This document shows, in pieces, positions 1 to 8,804 of a stretch of 64,000 nucleotides of DNA. Position 1 is the stretch's first letter. Each line of letters opens with the position of its first letter. Under the pieces are notes generated by a model. That model did no database searches. It was not told the DNA's origin and worked only from the letters and a program-made list of their open reading frames with translations. A program made the position numbers and the translations under genes. Location: NCBI GenBank assembly GCA_965246885.1, contig OZ251992.1, positions 2,560,001 through 2,624,000 on the forward strand, in the 5' to 3' direction. The DNA comes from Abditibacterium sp. GTDB lineage: Bacteria; Armatimonadota; Abditibacteriia; Abditibacteriales; Abditibacteriaceae.

Positions 1-1437
1 GTCGAGAGCGCGGGCGTAGTCGCCTTGCAATACCTGAGCGTTGGCAGCAACGCGGCGGGGCACGACGTGGGCGGGCAAGGCCGAAGTCGCGTCGCGGTCG
101 TTGGCGGGCGCAAGGTCGGCATTTTCGGGCGCAAAAGCGCGGTTGATGCGCTCTTCGGCGGCGCCGAGGTCATTGGCGGCCTGCGCCCCGGCGTTGTGCG
201 CTCCGGCGACGGCGCGGGCGACTTCCTCTTTAATGCGCGCCAACACGCTCGCGCCCTCACCGTCGGGGGCGTTGGGGTCGCGTAGCAAGCGCGCGGCAAT
301 TTGTTCGCTGGATAAACCCAGCGTTTTGATGCGGAAAGCGTCGGCTTCTTGGAGCGCGTTGGGGCGCGGCGCGAGCAAGCTGTCAAAGGCTTCGACGCCC
401 AGTTTGTAGCAGCAGCCCTGCGCGATGAGGTAGCCGGGAATTTCAAGCGCGCTCATGCCGAACGAGTAAAAGGTGACAGGCGAGCCGTTCTTGTCGCCCG
501 CGAACATACTCGCGCTGCCGTCCACCGTGCGCGCTCCCAACTGCGCCGCTTCGGGGTTGAAGATGTCGTTGTGCAGGAACTGGGCGGTGGTGACTTTGAC
601 TTCCTCGAACGACTGCTCGTCGCCGCCACCCGGCTGCGAAAGGTAGGTCGTGTCGTAGGGCGAGTAGCGCGTCGCGTTTTCGGGGCGACCGGGGTGAAAC
701 GGATACTGGACGGAGTAGTCGTTGCCGCTCATGTAGTGGTTCAGTTCTTTGAGAGCGGCAAAAGCGTTGGCGCGGCGGCGCTGCCAACGGAGCGGATCGT
801 ACGACAAGTTGGGAAGCGAAAACAAGCCCACGCGCTGAATCGGGTAGCCGTTGGCGGCGAAAGCGTAGTGCAGCAAGTAACCCAAGTCAATGAAGGCGCC
901 TGAACACGTGCCGCCGCACAGCGTGCCGACGACATACACGACGGTGTCCTTGGAAAGCATCATCGGCGGATTGGTGCCGTCGGGAAGCGGGCCGCGCGCC
1001 AGTTGTGCTTCTTGGGGCGTCAAGCGTTGCAGGGCGTCGAGGCGCACCTGAATCTCGTCGCGGATGCGGTTGCAAAGGCCGGGGAACAAAAAGGCGAGGC
1101 GCCCCACCATGCGGATGTTGCCTGCGCCCTTGGTGATGGCGCGGTCTTGGAGCGACAACAACGCGTCCTTGTCCCACCACTTCTCCAAATCGAGTTGCTC
1201 CTTGTAGCGCCCCGGCGAGTTGATGACGTTGGAATAGGAGGTCGCGTCCACGCCCAGATGGAAGTAGTTCTGGTCGAGTTCACCCGTGCCGTGCGGGGCC
1301 TCTGTTTCCAACACGAGGAATTTGAGCCAAGGCGCGGCGTCGAAGCCGCCTTGCTCCCATTGGATGCGTTGCGCGATGTAGTCGCAAACGTCGTAGCCGG
1401 TCGAACCCAAGCCGATGATTAAAGCGCGTTGTGCCAT
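1..1437 (-). CDS. Tubulin/FtsZ-like GTPase (Tubulin_2 / FtsZl1-type), 3' end truncated by window edge
   Basis: Not in the ORF track; translated by hand from ATG at 1437 and open for 479 codons to base 1. Motifs: MAQRALIIGLGSTG (T1 loop), GAGNIRMVGRLAF, VYVVGTLCGGTCSGAFIDLGYLL (T4 signature variant), ANAFAALKELNHY, PYDTTYL, FYSFGMSALEIP. Confidence 0.85.
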   Translation of the reverse strand, partial: MAQRALIIGLGSTGYDVCDYIAQRIQWEQGGFDAAPWLKFLVLETEAPHGTGELDQNYFHLGVDATSYSNVINSPGRYKEQLDLEKWWDKDALLSLQDRAITKGAGNIRMVGRLAFLFPGLCNRIRDEIQVRLDALQRLTPQEAQLARGPLPDGTNPPMMLSKDTVVYVVGTLCGGTCSGAFIDLGYLLHYAFAANGYPIQRVGLFSLPNLSYDPLRWQRRRANAFAALKELNHYMSGNDYSVQYPFHPGRPENATRYSPYDTTYLSQPGGGDEQSFEEVKVTTAQFLHNDIFNPEAAQLGARTVDGSASMFAGDKNGSPVTFYSFGMSALEIPGYLIAQGCCYKLGVEAFDSLLAPRPNALQEADAFRIKTLGLSSEQIAARLLRDPNAPDGEGASVLARIKEEVARAVAGAHNAGAQAANDLGAAEERINRAFAPENADLAPANDRDATSALPAHVVPRRVAANAQVLQGDYARALD

Positions 1438-1466
1438 GAGAAGTTCCGTAAAACAAAGGGACTAAG

Positions 1467-1913
1467 CTAAGCCGCCTTTTTCGACAGCGAGGAAATAAGC
1501 AGGGCGGACACGAACAGCCCGCCAAAGAAGAACGCGTAGGGCGCCCACCAAGGCCACGTGAGCGGCAACATCAGCATCCAAACGAAAAGCAACACAAGCG
1601 CGCTCACCCAAGCGGCCACACTTCCGGCGCGCGGCGCGAAGGTGCCCAACGCCACCAACGCCTGATACACGATCAGCCCAAACAGATAAGCGAACACAGC
1701 GCCAAGCGCAAGGCTCACATACAAGCCGAACTTTTGCAAGTAAAGGCTCCACACGCGTAGCGTAACATCAACGGCCCCTAAAAAGGACGGCGTTCCCAAC
1801 CGCGCGGCGCCCGTTTGCGCCCATGCCGCGCTGGGATGGAGCGCCAGAATCGCTACAGCTGGAAGTAGCGCCAGCCACTGTCCGCGCAACCGAAAGAAGA
1901 AAGAGTGCCTCAT
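1467..1913 (-). CDS. Small integral membrane protein (signal peptide plus about 3 TM helices), tubulin operon member
   Basis: 148-aa ORF with AWA-Q signal-like N-terminus and three hydrophobic segments; 7-nt and 29-nt gaps to its neighbours. Confidence 0.7.
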   Translation of the reverse strand: MRHSFFFRLRGQWLALLPAVAILALHPSAAWAQTGAARLGTPSFLGAVDVTLRVWSLYLQKFGLYVSLALGAVFAYLFGLIVYQALVALGTFAPRAGSVAAWVSALVLLFVWMLMLPLTWPWWAPYAFFFGGLFVSALLISSLSKKAA

Positions 1914-1920
1914 GATGGTG

Positions 1921-3348
1921 TTAGAGTTTGCGCACCGACACCGAGGCCACGATGCGCCCCGTCGCGGTGTCTATAAGGTCGAAGTCGCCGCGCTGTCCGG
2001 TTAACTTTAGTCCGGTCGGCGTGCTTTGAAAGCCTTCGGAGTTCTGCGCCGACAGCGCGCCGTTGCTAACGAGCAGCTTCTTGGAAAAGTCGGATTGAAT
2101 GAGCGCCAAAGGCCGGTCGGTATCGAATGTGACGCCCGGCAAGCGGTAGTGCGCGCCCTTGGCGGGCGTGTCTTTGCCCAGAATCGGCAGCGTCCGCGCC
2201 GGAAGCGCCGCAACCTGCCGCGACTCCTGCTCATCAAGCCGAAAATTCACGGGCCGCGCGACCCAAAACAACGCGCCGCCCAGTAGAGCAAGAAGCGGGA
2301 GAATCAACAGAACCGCGCTCCCGCCCCCACCAGTGTTCCCCTCGGTTTGGGAAGGCAAAGGTGTTGCTCCCACCGCTTTCGCAGTGGGCGCCGCAACTTC
2401 GCCAGTGAGCGGCTCCAATTTCTGCGGCGCGAAGACGGACATGTCGTATTCGAGGTTGCCGACTTGGACGGTTTCGAGGCTTTGTTTGGGATTCAACCCG
2501 GCGTCGCCCATCGCCTTGGCAAAAGCGGCAAAGCGTTGGGGATTTGATTCCAGCACCAAGTCCTTGTCGGTTGCGGGCGTTTCCGGTCGCGTGCCGTCCG
2601 ACAGAGTTTGCGGGGCCTGCGCGAGGTCGTTCCAGTCCAGCACGAGAAGGATGGTGCTTTTTGGGTCGAGGTCGTTCTGCTCCATCCAACCCAACGTTTT
2701 TTGCAGCGCCGCGCGCCAGTCGTGTCCGTCGCTCCACTTTCGGCCTTGATACTCGTCGTCTTGGGGCGATACCGCGACGGACTTTTTCAGGTTCGAGGTG
2801 TCGCGGAGCGCTTCAGCGAGGGGTTGGATGGCGCCGCGCTTGTCGCCCAGAATCGAGAAGTGATAGGGCCATACGGTGAGCGTGTCGCGCACTTGCGCAG
2901 GTGGCAAGTTGCGGCGCGACTGCGCGAGGGCATCTATGAAACCTTCGATGCCGCGCCGCGTGTTGGTCAAGCGCGCGTTGGAATCGCCGTAGCGCGCCAC
3001 TTGCGTCATGATAATCCAATGGTAGCCGCCCGGAGCGCCGAGTGCACCCGCTTGCGCCGACGGCACGCCGCGTTCTTCGAGGGCTTTGCGCGCGCGAAAC
3101 AAGAGCCGCTTGAGAACATCGCCGCTATCAGAAGTGCCCGCCGCCACATCGGGCGAGGCCGGGGGCGAAGAAAGTGGTGGCAGCGCGTCTTGAGCGCGAA
3201 GCGGCGCCAGAAAAGCGGCGTTTAGCAACAGGAACAAGCCAAAGAAAAAAGTTGAAAATCGAAAAGTCAAGCCGGAAACCTCAAGGGCGAGCGGGCCAAA
3301 GCGCGCGGCGCGGTTAATTTTAGCTGACTGGAGCGGTGTCCGTCCCAA
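1921..3348 (-). CDS. Membrane-anchored protein with degenerate vWA-like extracytoplasmic domain and C-terminal beta-rich cytoplasmic domain
   Basis: 475-aa ORF; hydrophobic N-terminal signal (LRA-Q), alpha/beta region with DGHDWRAALQKTL...STILLVLDW resembling vWA elements without a DxSxS motif, TM helix VLLILPLLALLGGALFWV. Start uncertain. Confidence 0.55.
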   Translation of the reverse strand: MGRTPLQSAKINRAARFGPLALEVSGLTFRFSTFFFGLFLLLNAAFLAPLRAQDALPPLSSPPASPDVAAGTSDSGDVLKRLLFRARKALEERGVPSAQAGALGAPGGYHWIIMTQVARYGDSNARLTNTRRGIEGFIDALAQSRRNLPPAQVRDTLTVWPYHFSILGDKRGAIQPLAEALRDTSNLKKSVAVSPQDDEYQGRKWSDGHDWRAALQKTLGWMEQNDLDPKSTILLVLDWNDLAQAPQTLSDGTRPETPATDKDLVLESNPQRFAAFAKAMGDAGLNPKQSLETVQVGNLEYDMSVFAPQKLEPLTGEVAAPTAKAVGATPLPSQTEGNTGGGGSAVLLILPLLALLGGALFWVARPVNFRLDEQESRQVAALPARTLPILGKDTPAKGAHYRLPGVTFDTDRPLALIQSDFSKKLLVSNGALSAQNSEGFQSTPTGLKLTGQRGDFDLIDTATGRIVASVSVRKL

Positions 3349-3372
3349 AATTTGGCGCGGACGGCAGAAGGT

Positions 3373-4962
3373 TCAAGCGTGGGGAGTGGCGGGTGCCGAA
3401 AGCGCGGGCGGCACGCTCAGGTCAAAAGCGCACAGGCGGCTTTCCTTGGCACTTATCCAATTCACAACGAACGTTTCGCCGCACGGCGCGAGCGTTAGGG
3501 TGCCTCCCCTTCCCGATGCGTCGCGCAAAGGTCGTATCCTGAGCCACGAAAGCGGCGCGAGCGCGACTGGAGCGACGGCCAGGAGCCACAGCGTCACGAT
3601 ATCGCCCTCATCAGTCGCGTAGAGGAGACAATGCGCCGCGCCGAAAACTGCGCCGGTGGCCCAAACCACAGGTGCGCCCGCTGGAAGTTCCTGCTCGCGC
3701 GCATCGTCCAAAGGCCGCGCGCCATCGAGGGTCGTGATAACGCTTCGCGTTCCCGACCGAAAGAACGCGATACTCGTTCCATGCACGCACGGAAACGGGA
3801 AAACGGCGTCGTTGGGCGCCATAGGAACCGACAGTTCGGCCCCATCGCTTCCGCCGTGTTCGAGGCGCCGCGCCCACAATCCCTGCGCGGTGCGGCCCCA
3901 CAGCCACAGCGCCGCGCCGTCTGGAATGGCGCCTTCGAGCGAGCGCCCATTGGCTTCGACCTGAAACTCCGCGTGCCATTCCCCCTTTGCATGGCGCCAC
4001 AGCGTGCCCTCGGTGCGAATGGCGGGCGTGTCATCCCACACGAGCAGTTCACGGAAAGTAGCGGGCGACAACCCCGGTGGAAGCGCGAGGTCGCTCGCTT
4101 CAAAGAGCGCATCTCCTCCGCGCGCGCTCACGCCCACAAGTGTGTCGTGCCATTGCCCAACGGCCAACCAATGAGTTGGCGTTGCGGCTTGGAACAGCCA
4201 CTCGACCTCGTGCGGTTGCCACCCCGCACCTGTTGGCGCGGCATCGGGCACGCCGCCGAAGTCAAAAGCGCCCCCCGCTTCGGGCGCATCGAGTAACTCT
4301 TCGCGCGCGCGGCGCACCAAGTGCTGCGGTTCGCCGCGCCCCGACAAATTGAGCGGCACGCGCGCCACACCGCGCGCATGGAGCAAATGGGCGAAGCCGT
4401 GCGTCAGCAGCAATCCTTCGCGCCGGGGGAACAGCCCATTGGCGGGCAATGGCGCGGGCACCGCGAAAGTCGCAGGCGGCGCGAAAGGCCAAGGCTTGCC
4501 CGACCGGGGGCGCCCAAATAGCCACAGCTTTTCGTCCTGCCACCACGCCAATACCCCATAACGCGACGCCATGCCGCCAAAGCGCCCGGTCGTTACTGGG
4601 GTGTGGCCGCCGCCTTCCAAAGCGGTGGGGCGCGCGCTACCCCACTGCGACGCCAACACAAGCGGCGCCCCGCCCGCAACGCCGCCATGAAAAGGATGCG
4701 GCTCGATGGGCCGCGTCCGCGCGACCGCGCACCGCTTGGTTTGGCAAGCGCGTGCATCGAGCGGGTGCAATCGCCCGCACAGCGCGCACAAGAGCGTGAA
4801 CCGCTCGCAACCGGGGCACCGCGAAACCGGAACGAGGGCGCGCACCGGCAAACCCTCTTGGCCGCATCCATACGGGCACGGCTGCAACAACGCATAGCCG
4901 CAATGAACGCAAAACCGCGCACCGTCGGGCGAATCCGCTTGGTGACAATGGAAGCACTGCAT
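3373..4962 (-). CDS. Multi-zinc-ribbon protein with C-terminal beta-propeller-like region
   Basis: 529 aa; N-terminus has CFHC, CVHC, CPYGC, CPGC, CALC and CQTKRC Cys pairs, followed by repeated short Trp/aromatic beta-strand segments. Confidence 0.65.
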   Translation of the reverse strand: MQCFHCHQADSPDGARFCVHCGYALLQPCPYGCGQEGLPVRALVPVSRCPGCERFTLLCALCGRLHPLDARACQTKRCAVARTRPIEPHPFHGGVAGGAPLVLASQWGSARPTALEGGGHTPVTTGRFGGMASRYGVLAWWQDEKLWLFGRPRSGKPWPFAPPATFAVPAPLPANGLFPRREGLLLTHGFAHLLHARGVARVPLNLSGRGEPQHLVRRAREELLDAPEAGGAFDFGGVPDAAPTGAGWQPHEVEWLFQAATPTHWLAVGQWHDTLVGVSARGGDALFEASDLALPPGLSPATFRELLVWDDTPAIRTEGTLWRHAKGEWHAEFQVEANGRSLEGAIPDGAALWLWGRTAQGLWARRLEHGGSDGAELSVPMAPNDAVFPFPCVHGTSIAFFRSGTRSVITTLDGARPLDDAREQELPAGAPVVWATGAVFGAAHCLLYATDEGDIVTLWLLAVAPVALAPLSWLRIRPLRDASGRGGTLTLAPCGETFVVNWISAKESRLCAFDLSVPPALSAPATPHA

Positions 4963-4966
4963 GGAA

Positions 4967-6202
4967 TTAAAGTTGTCCCGTCACGCGCGGCGCGTCGGAG
5001 AGGGGCGGCGCGACCATTGGCGGGGCAAGCGGGACTGTTCCGGCGCCCCGTTCTTGGGTCGGCGCGCCTAATTCTTCCATTGGCGCACCTAATTCCGTCG
5101 TTGGCGCGCGTAATTCTTCGGTTGGCGCAATCAACTCAACGACTGAATTAGGCGCCGCAACCACTGGCGCGGTGGCGCGCATGAGGGGCGGGGCGGCTTC
5201 GGGCACTTTGGCGGGTGGCGGCGCCGCACTTTGAAAAACGGCGCGGCGCACGCGGGCTGGTTGCAGCAGTTTCTTTTGTCCATCGGGCGAGATTAGCTCG
5301 AAGCCGCCGCGCTCGACCGCCACAATTACGTTATGGCGGGCCACATCGGAAGTGGGCGTTTGCAGGAACTCCGAACTCGTATGGAAGCGGGCGTCGAAGC
5401 GGGTTTCTCCGGGCACAATTTCCAGCGCCGCGATGCCAGTGCGACGGCGCAGCGTTTCCTTGACGTGCGCGCGCAGTTCCGCCGTCGCCGTTTCCAAGCA
5501 GCGCAGCGTTTGGCGTTGTTCTGGGGTGGAGTTTTGCGGCGTCAAATCGCCCCACGAAATGCGCGCGTCGGGCATCCACAGCGTCCGCTCGAATTCCTCC
5601 ATGCGCCCCTCGAACCCCGCGCCGCCACCGCTTTCCAGTTCGTTTTGCAAGGCGCGTAGCGCGCCAAAATGCTGGAACAACTGCGCCGCGAATAGGTGCA
5701 CCATGCCGCTTTCCACCTCGAAGGCCCTCAAGCGCTTGGTCATCTCCTCGCACCACGTCGCCAACAATGCGGGCGATTCAGTGCGAATCTCGAACGCCAC
5801 CCGTTGCCCCCACTGCGCGCGAAAGGCTTCCAATTGCGCTTGGAGGCCCGCATTTTCCGCGCGCACCGCGTCGAACTGCGCCCCGACTTCGCGCCGCATT
5901 TGCGCCAACCCCTCGCTCGCCCGTTGCTCTTGGCGCTTGAGTTCTTCAGTTACTTGCGCGCTCTGCGTTTTGAACTCATCGGTCAGGCGCGCCAGAAAAT
6001 CGAGCAGTTGCGCGTTCAGCCTGTCGTTGTCGGCCCTCTTGTGTTCTGCGAGCGTCGCTTGAACGCGCGCCAGATGTTCCGGCAAGAGCCGCTCGGTGTT
6101 CGCCTCCAATGACTTGAACTGCCCTTGCAACTGCCGTTGGCTCTCGCTAACGGCGTTGAGTTTATCCTCCATCTCTTCGAGATTTTTGCGGAAGTTGAGC
6201 AT
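4967..6202 (-). CDS. Coiled-coil protein with C-terminal GrpE-like (nucleotide exchange factor) domain
   Basis: 411 aa; long heptad-rich N-terminus, then GIAALEIVPGETRFDARFH...NVIVAVERGGFEL...LLQPARV matching the GrpE head pattern G(V/I)..I...GE.FDP..H...V..V...GY...VLRPA.V; Pro/Ala tail. Confidence 0.7.
   Translation of the reverse strand: MLNFRKNLEEMEDKLNAVSESQRQLQGQFKSLEANTERLLPEHLARVQATLAEHKRADNDRLNAQLLDFLARLTDEFKTQSAQVTEELKRQEQRASEGLAQMRREVGAQFDAVRAENAGLQAQLEAFRAQWGQRVAFEIRTESPALLATWCEEMTKRLRAFEVESGMVHLFAAQLFQHFGALRALQNELESGGGAGFEGRMEEFERTLWMPDARISWGDLTPQNSTPEQRQTLRCLETATAELRAHVKETLRRRTGIAALEIVPGETRFDARFHTSSEFLQTPTSDVARHNVIVAVERGGFELISPDGQKKLLQPARVRRAVFQSAAPPPAKVPEAAPPLMRATAPVVAAPNSVVELIAPTEELRAPTTELGAPMEELGAPTQERGAGTVPLAPPMVAPPLSDAPRVTGQL
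5040..5144. repeat. 21-nt-period tandem repeat (about 5 units) encoding 7-aa EL(G/R)APxx repeats
   Basis: ggcgcgcctaattcttccatt / ggcgcacctaattccgtcgtt / ggcgcgcgtaattcttcggtt / ggcgcaatcaactcaacgact; protein ELIAPTE-ELRAPTT-ELGAPME-ELGAPTQ. Confidence 0.8.
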
Positions 6203-6209
6203 GATGTTT

Positions 6210-8804
6210 CTAAAAGGAGTAGGAAAACAGAAGTTTCAGTTGACCCGATTGGTCGCTGGACACGTTCAAGCGGCGACCTTGCAACTCCATTTTGACAGAC
6301 ACCGCGCGCACTGGAGCGTCGTGTCCGCCCTCTTCCACCCCGGCGTCCACGTTGCGAAGCGCGAACATACCGACGCGCCCCTCAAACGGCGTGTTTCCCG
6401 CCGCGCCCCGAACGAAAACCGTGAAGCGCACGCTCTGGTCGGTGTGCAGGTCGTAAGTTAGCTCTCTGGAGCGCACCGATGCGAGCGGCGCGTGTTCGTC
6501 CGCCTCGAAAATCGCTTTGCCGCGTTCGTCCACGACGCGCAGCGCATAAGGGAGCGTGTTGTCTTGCGAGGCTTTGCCCGCCCAGACCGCGCCGCCCGCA
6601 ACAGCTAACATCCTGTCGGAGTCATCGAACACATCGCCGTTTCGCACGGTCAGTTCTTGCACGCCGCCGGGAAAGAACTCCTGCAACCAATCTTGCACGC
6701 GGCGCACGCGGCAGTTGCCGCCCACGCCAAAAACCCACTTGATTTCAACAGGCGCCGGAACGCCTGCCCCATCAGGAAAAATGCGCCGCCGCATTTCGGC
6801 GCCGATGGCGTCCAAGCGGCGATTGACCACCACTTCGTCGAACTCGCGGCGCGCGATTTTGACCTGTTTCGACTCCACGCCCGCGACGGTTGATTTAAAC
6901 TCCAGTTCGACCGGCGTGCCGGGCGAACCGGCGCCCGCGAACTGGCGCTTGAAGGCTTCGGTTTTGTTCCACACGTCGAACTCGCGCACCCAAGGGTTGG
7001 GGATGCGCGCGTTCCCGGCCAGTTCCACTTCGCCTTGCAAGAGGATTTCCTCGTTCTTGGGTGCCAATTGCGCGATGGAGTTCAAGCGTTTGTAGGTGCC
7101 CTCGTCTTTAATGAAGTAGCGCAGGAAGTCGTACGGAACGCCCGCTCCATTTTGCCAGATGGACAAGTAAATTGCCGTCGTGCGCGTGAGGGCTTCGCCG
7201 CCAAAGGTGGAAACTGCCGGTTTGCCGGGTGCGGCGCCGCCGTTTTGGTAGCCGCCGAGGGTCGCCACTTCCTCGAAGCGCATTCGCGCGCCGTCCAAGC
7301 GCACTTGGCCCAGTACAACGTCGGTCGTGCCGCCGCCCGAATCGAAGATGCACGCCCAATCGCCGTCGTGGGGCGGGTCGAACTGCGGGTAGCGGTAGTG
7401 GCCGTGTTGCAACAGGAGGTAAATCGCGGCGCAAAACGGCTCTGTGAAGAACTCCAAGGTGTCATTGGGGCCGACGAAGTGCGCGGCGCGGATGGCCTTT
7501 TCCAAGCGCGAGCGTTGCAAGTTGTAAAGAGTTTGGGTGCCGCCGCGATGCGAGTCGAGCACCGGCAAAGAAAAGTTCCACGCGACCGAGGCGGCTTCGC
7601 CGCCTTCGAGGTCGGGCAGAATAATCTGGCGGCGCAGCGTTTCGAGGTAGCGTTTAAGCAGCAAATCCACGCGGTAATTCGGGCCAAACTTCGCGACATA
7701 CGGCTCGCCTTCGGCGCGCAGGAGAGTTTTCAGTTCGGTCACGAACAGACCCGGTTCGAGGTCTTCGACCCGCCGTCGCAGGGCTTCGTAGCCGATGAAA
7801 AAGCCGACTTCATGGCCGTTGCGAAACGAGACATACAGCACGGACGGAAAGCGGTGCGGGTCATCGCGTCCCGCGACGGCGTGCGGATCAGTGAGGGGCA
7901 CAGCTTCCAGTCGGTCGTCGCGCCCGTCGCGCTTCCAAATGGAGGTGCCCGACGTGCCAAAATCCACGCCCAACACATAACGCGTGCGCGTCGTGAGGCC
8001 GCCGGGCGCGGGCACCATCAGGGATACCTCGCCCAATTGGTCGCCGCTCGCGCCGGAAAACACCACGCGCGCGATGCCCGCTTTGGCCATTCCGGTCGCG
8101 TGAATTGTCCACTCTTTGCGCCCGCCCGGCGCCAAAGTCCACTCGCCCGCTCCGGGAGTTCGCGCCTCAACTTCCATCCCGACCGGCCACAGGGGAGGGC
8201 GCAACACAAGCGGCGTTTCACCGGAATTGCGCAGCGACAACACGCGCTTGCGCGCGCGACCATCGAGCATCAGAAGCGTGGTTTCCACTTCCAAATGCGC
8301 CGGACGCGGCGACGACGCCAAGACCCACAACGGCTCCCACACGCGCGTGCGATTCTCCGGCTCGATGTCGAAGCCGTCGCGCGGCGCGCCGTCCCCCGTC
8401 GCCAGATAAAGCGGCACTTGCAACGGCTCGTCCACCGGTGCAGGCGCTTTACCGACCCAGCGCAACGAGAGGGGCACCGTCGTCGGCGCAAGGGAAGACG
8501 GCTTTTTGATGTCCGCCGAAAAGTGCGCGAGAGCTTGGCCGCGCACATCGAAGCGCACGAGCGACGTTTCTTCCACGCGCGCCCGCACCAGCAAGGCGCG
8601 CAGTCCAACCGCGCGGAGCGCCAAACTTGCGGAGTTCGCTTGGGGCGCGAACACCAAGCCGGGAGCGCCCATTGGCGCGCGAAGCGACATCGTCGCGCGC
8701 CCGCACTCCGGGCAAAAAGCGAAGGGCGGTTCAATGCGCGCTGCACATCCATCGGGATGAATCTGTTGACAGGTAAGGGGTTCGATGGTGGCTCCTAAAA
8801 CCAC
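6210..8804 (-). CDS. Atypical Hsp70-family ATPase with N-terminal zinc ribbon and Ig-like domains
   Basis: 864 aa; CQQIHPDGC..FCPECG zinc ribbon; LSLRNSGETPL Ig-like strand motif; Hsp70 NBD motifs VLGVDFGTSGT, FPSVLY, TEPFCAAIY, FDSGGGTTDV, FGGEAL, VGGNCRV, AVAGGA. GTG start uncertain. Confidence 0.8.
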   Translation of the reverse strand: MVLGATIEPLTCQQIHPDGCAARIEPPFAFCPECGRATMSLRAPMGAPGLVFAPQANSASLALRAVGLRALLVRARVEETSLVRFDVRGQALAHFSADIKKPSSLAPTTVPLSLRWVGKAPAPVDEPLQVPLYLATGDGAPRDGFDIEPENRTRVWEPLWVLASSPRPAHLEVETTLLMLDGRARKRVLSLRNSGETPLVLRPPLWPVGMEVEARTPGAGEWTLAPGGRKEWTIHATGMAKAGIARVVFSGASGDQLGEVSLMVPAPGGLTTRTRYVLGVDFGTSGTSIWKRDGRDDRLEAVPLTDPHAVAGRDDPHRFPSVLYVSFRNGHEVGFFIGYEALRRRVEDLEPGLFVTELKTLLRAEGEPYVAKFGPNYRVDLLLKRYLETLRRQIILPDLEGGEAASVAWNFSLPVLDSHRGGTQTLYNLQRSRLEKAIRAAHFVGPNDTLEFFTEPFCAAIYLLLQHGHYRYPQFDPPHDGDWACIFDSGGGTTDVVLGQVRLDGARMRFEEVATLGGYQNGGAAPGKPAVSTFGGEALTRTTAIYLSIWQNGAGVPYDFLRYFIKDEGTYKRLNSIAQLAPKNEEILLQGEVELAGNARIPNPWVREFDVWNKTEAFKRQFAGAGSPGTPVELEFKSTVAGVESKQVKIARREFDEVVVNRRLDAIGAEMRRRIFPDGAGVPAPVEIKWVFGVGGNCRVRRVQDWLQEFFPGGVQELTVRNGDVFDDSDRMLAVAGGAVWAGKASQDNTLPYALRVVDERGKAIFEADEHAPLASVRSRELTYDLHTDQSVRFTVFVRGAAGNTPFEGRVGMFALRNVDAGVEEGGHDAPVRAVSVKMELQGRRLNVSSDQSGQLKLLFSYSF

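Noticed and set aside
25..1422. Several short track ORFs at the left edge
   Set aside because: Explained by the continuous minus-strand tubulin-like frame 1437 to <1.
7035..8798. 587-aa plus-strand ORF opposite the Hsp70-like gene (and similar long antisense ORFs, e.g. 54540-56270)
   Set aside because: Antisense shadows of motif-bearing genes on the other strand.
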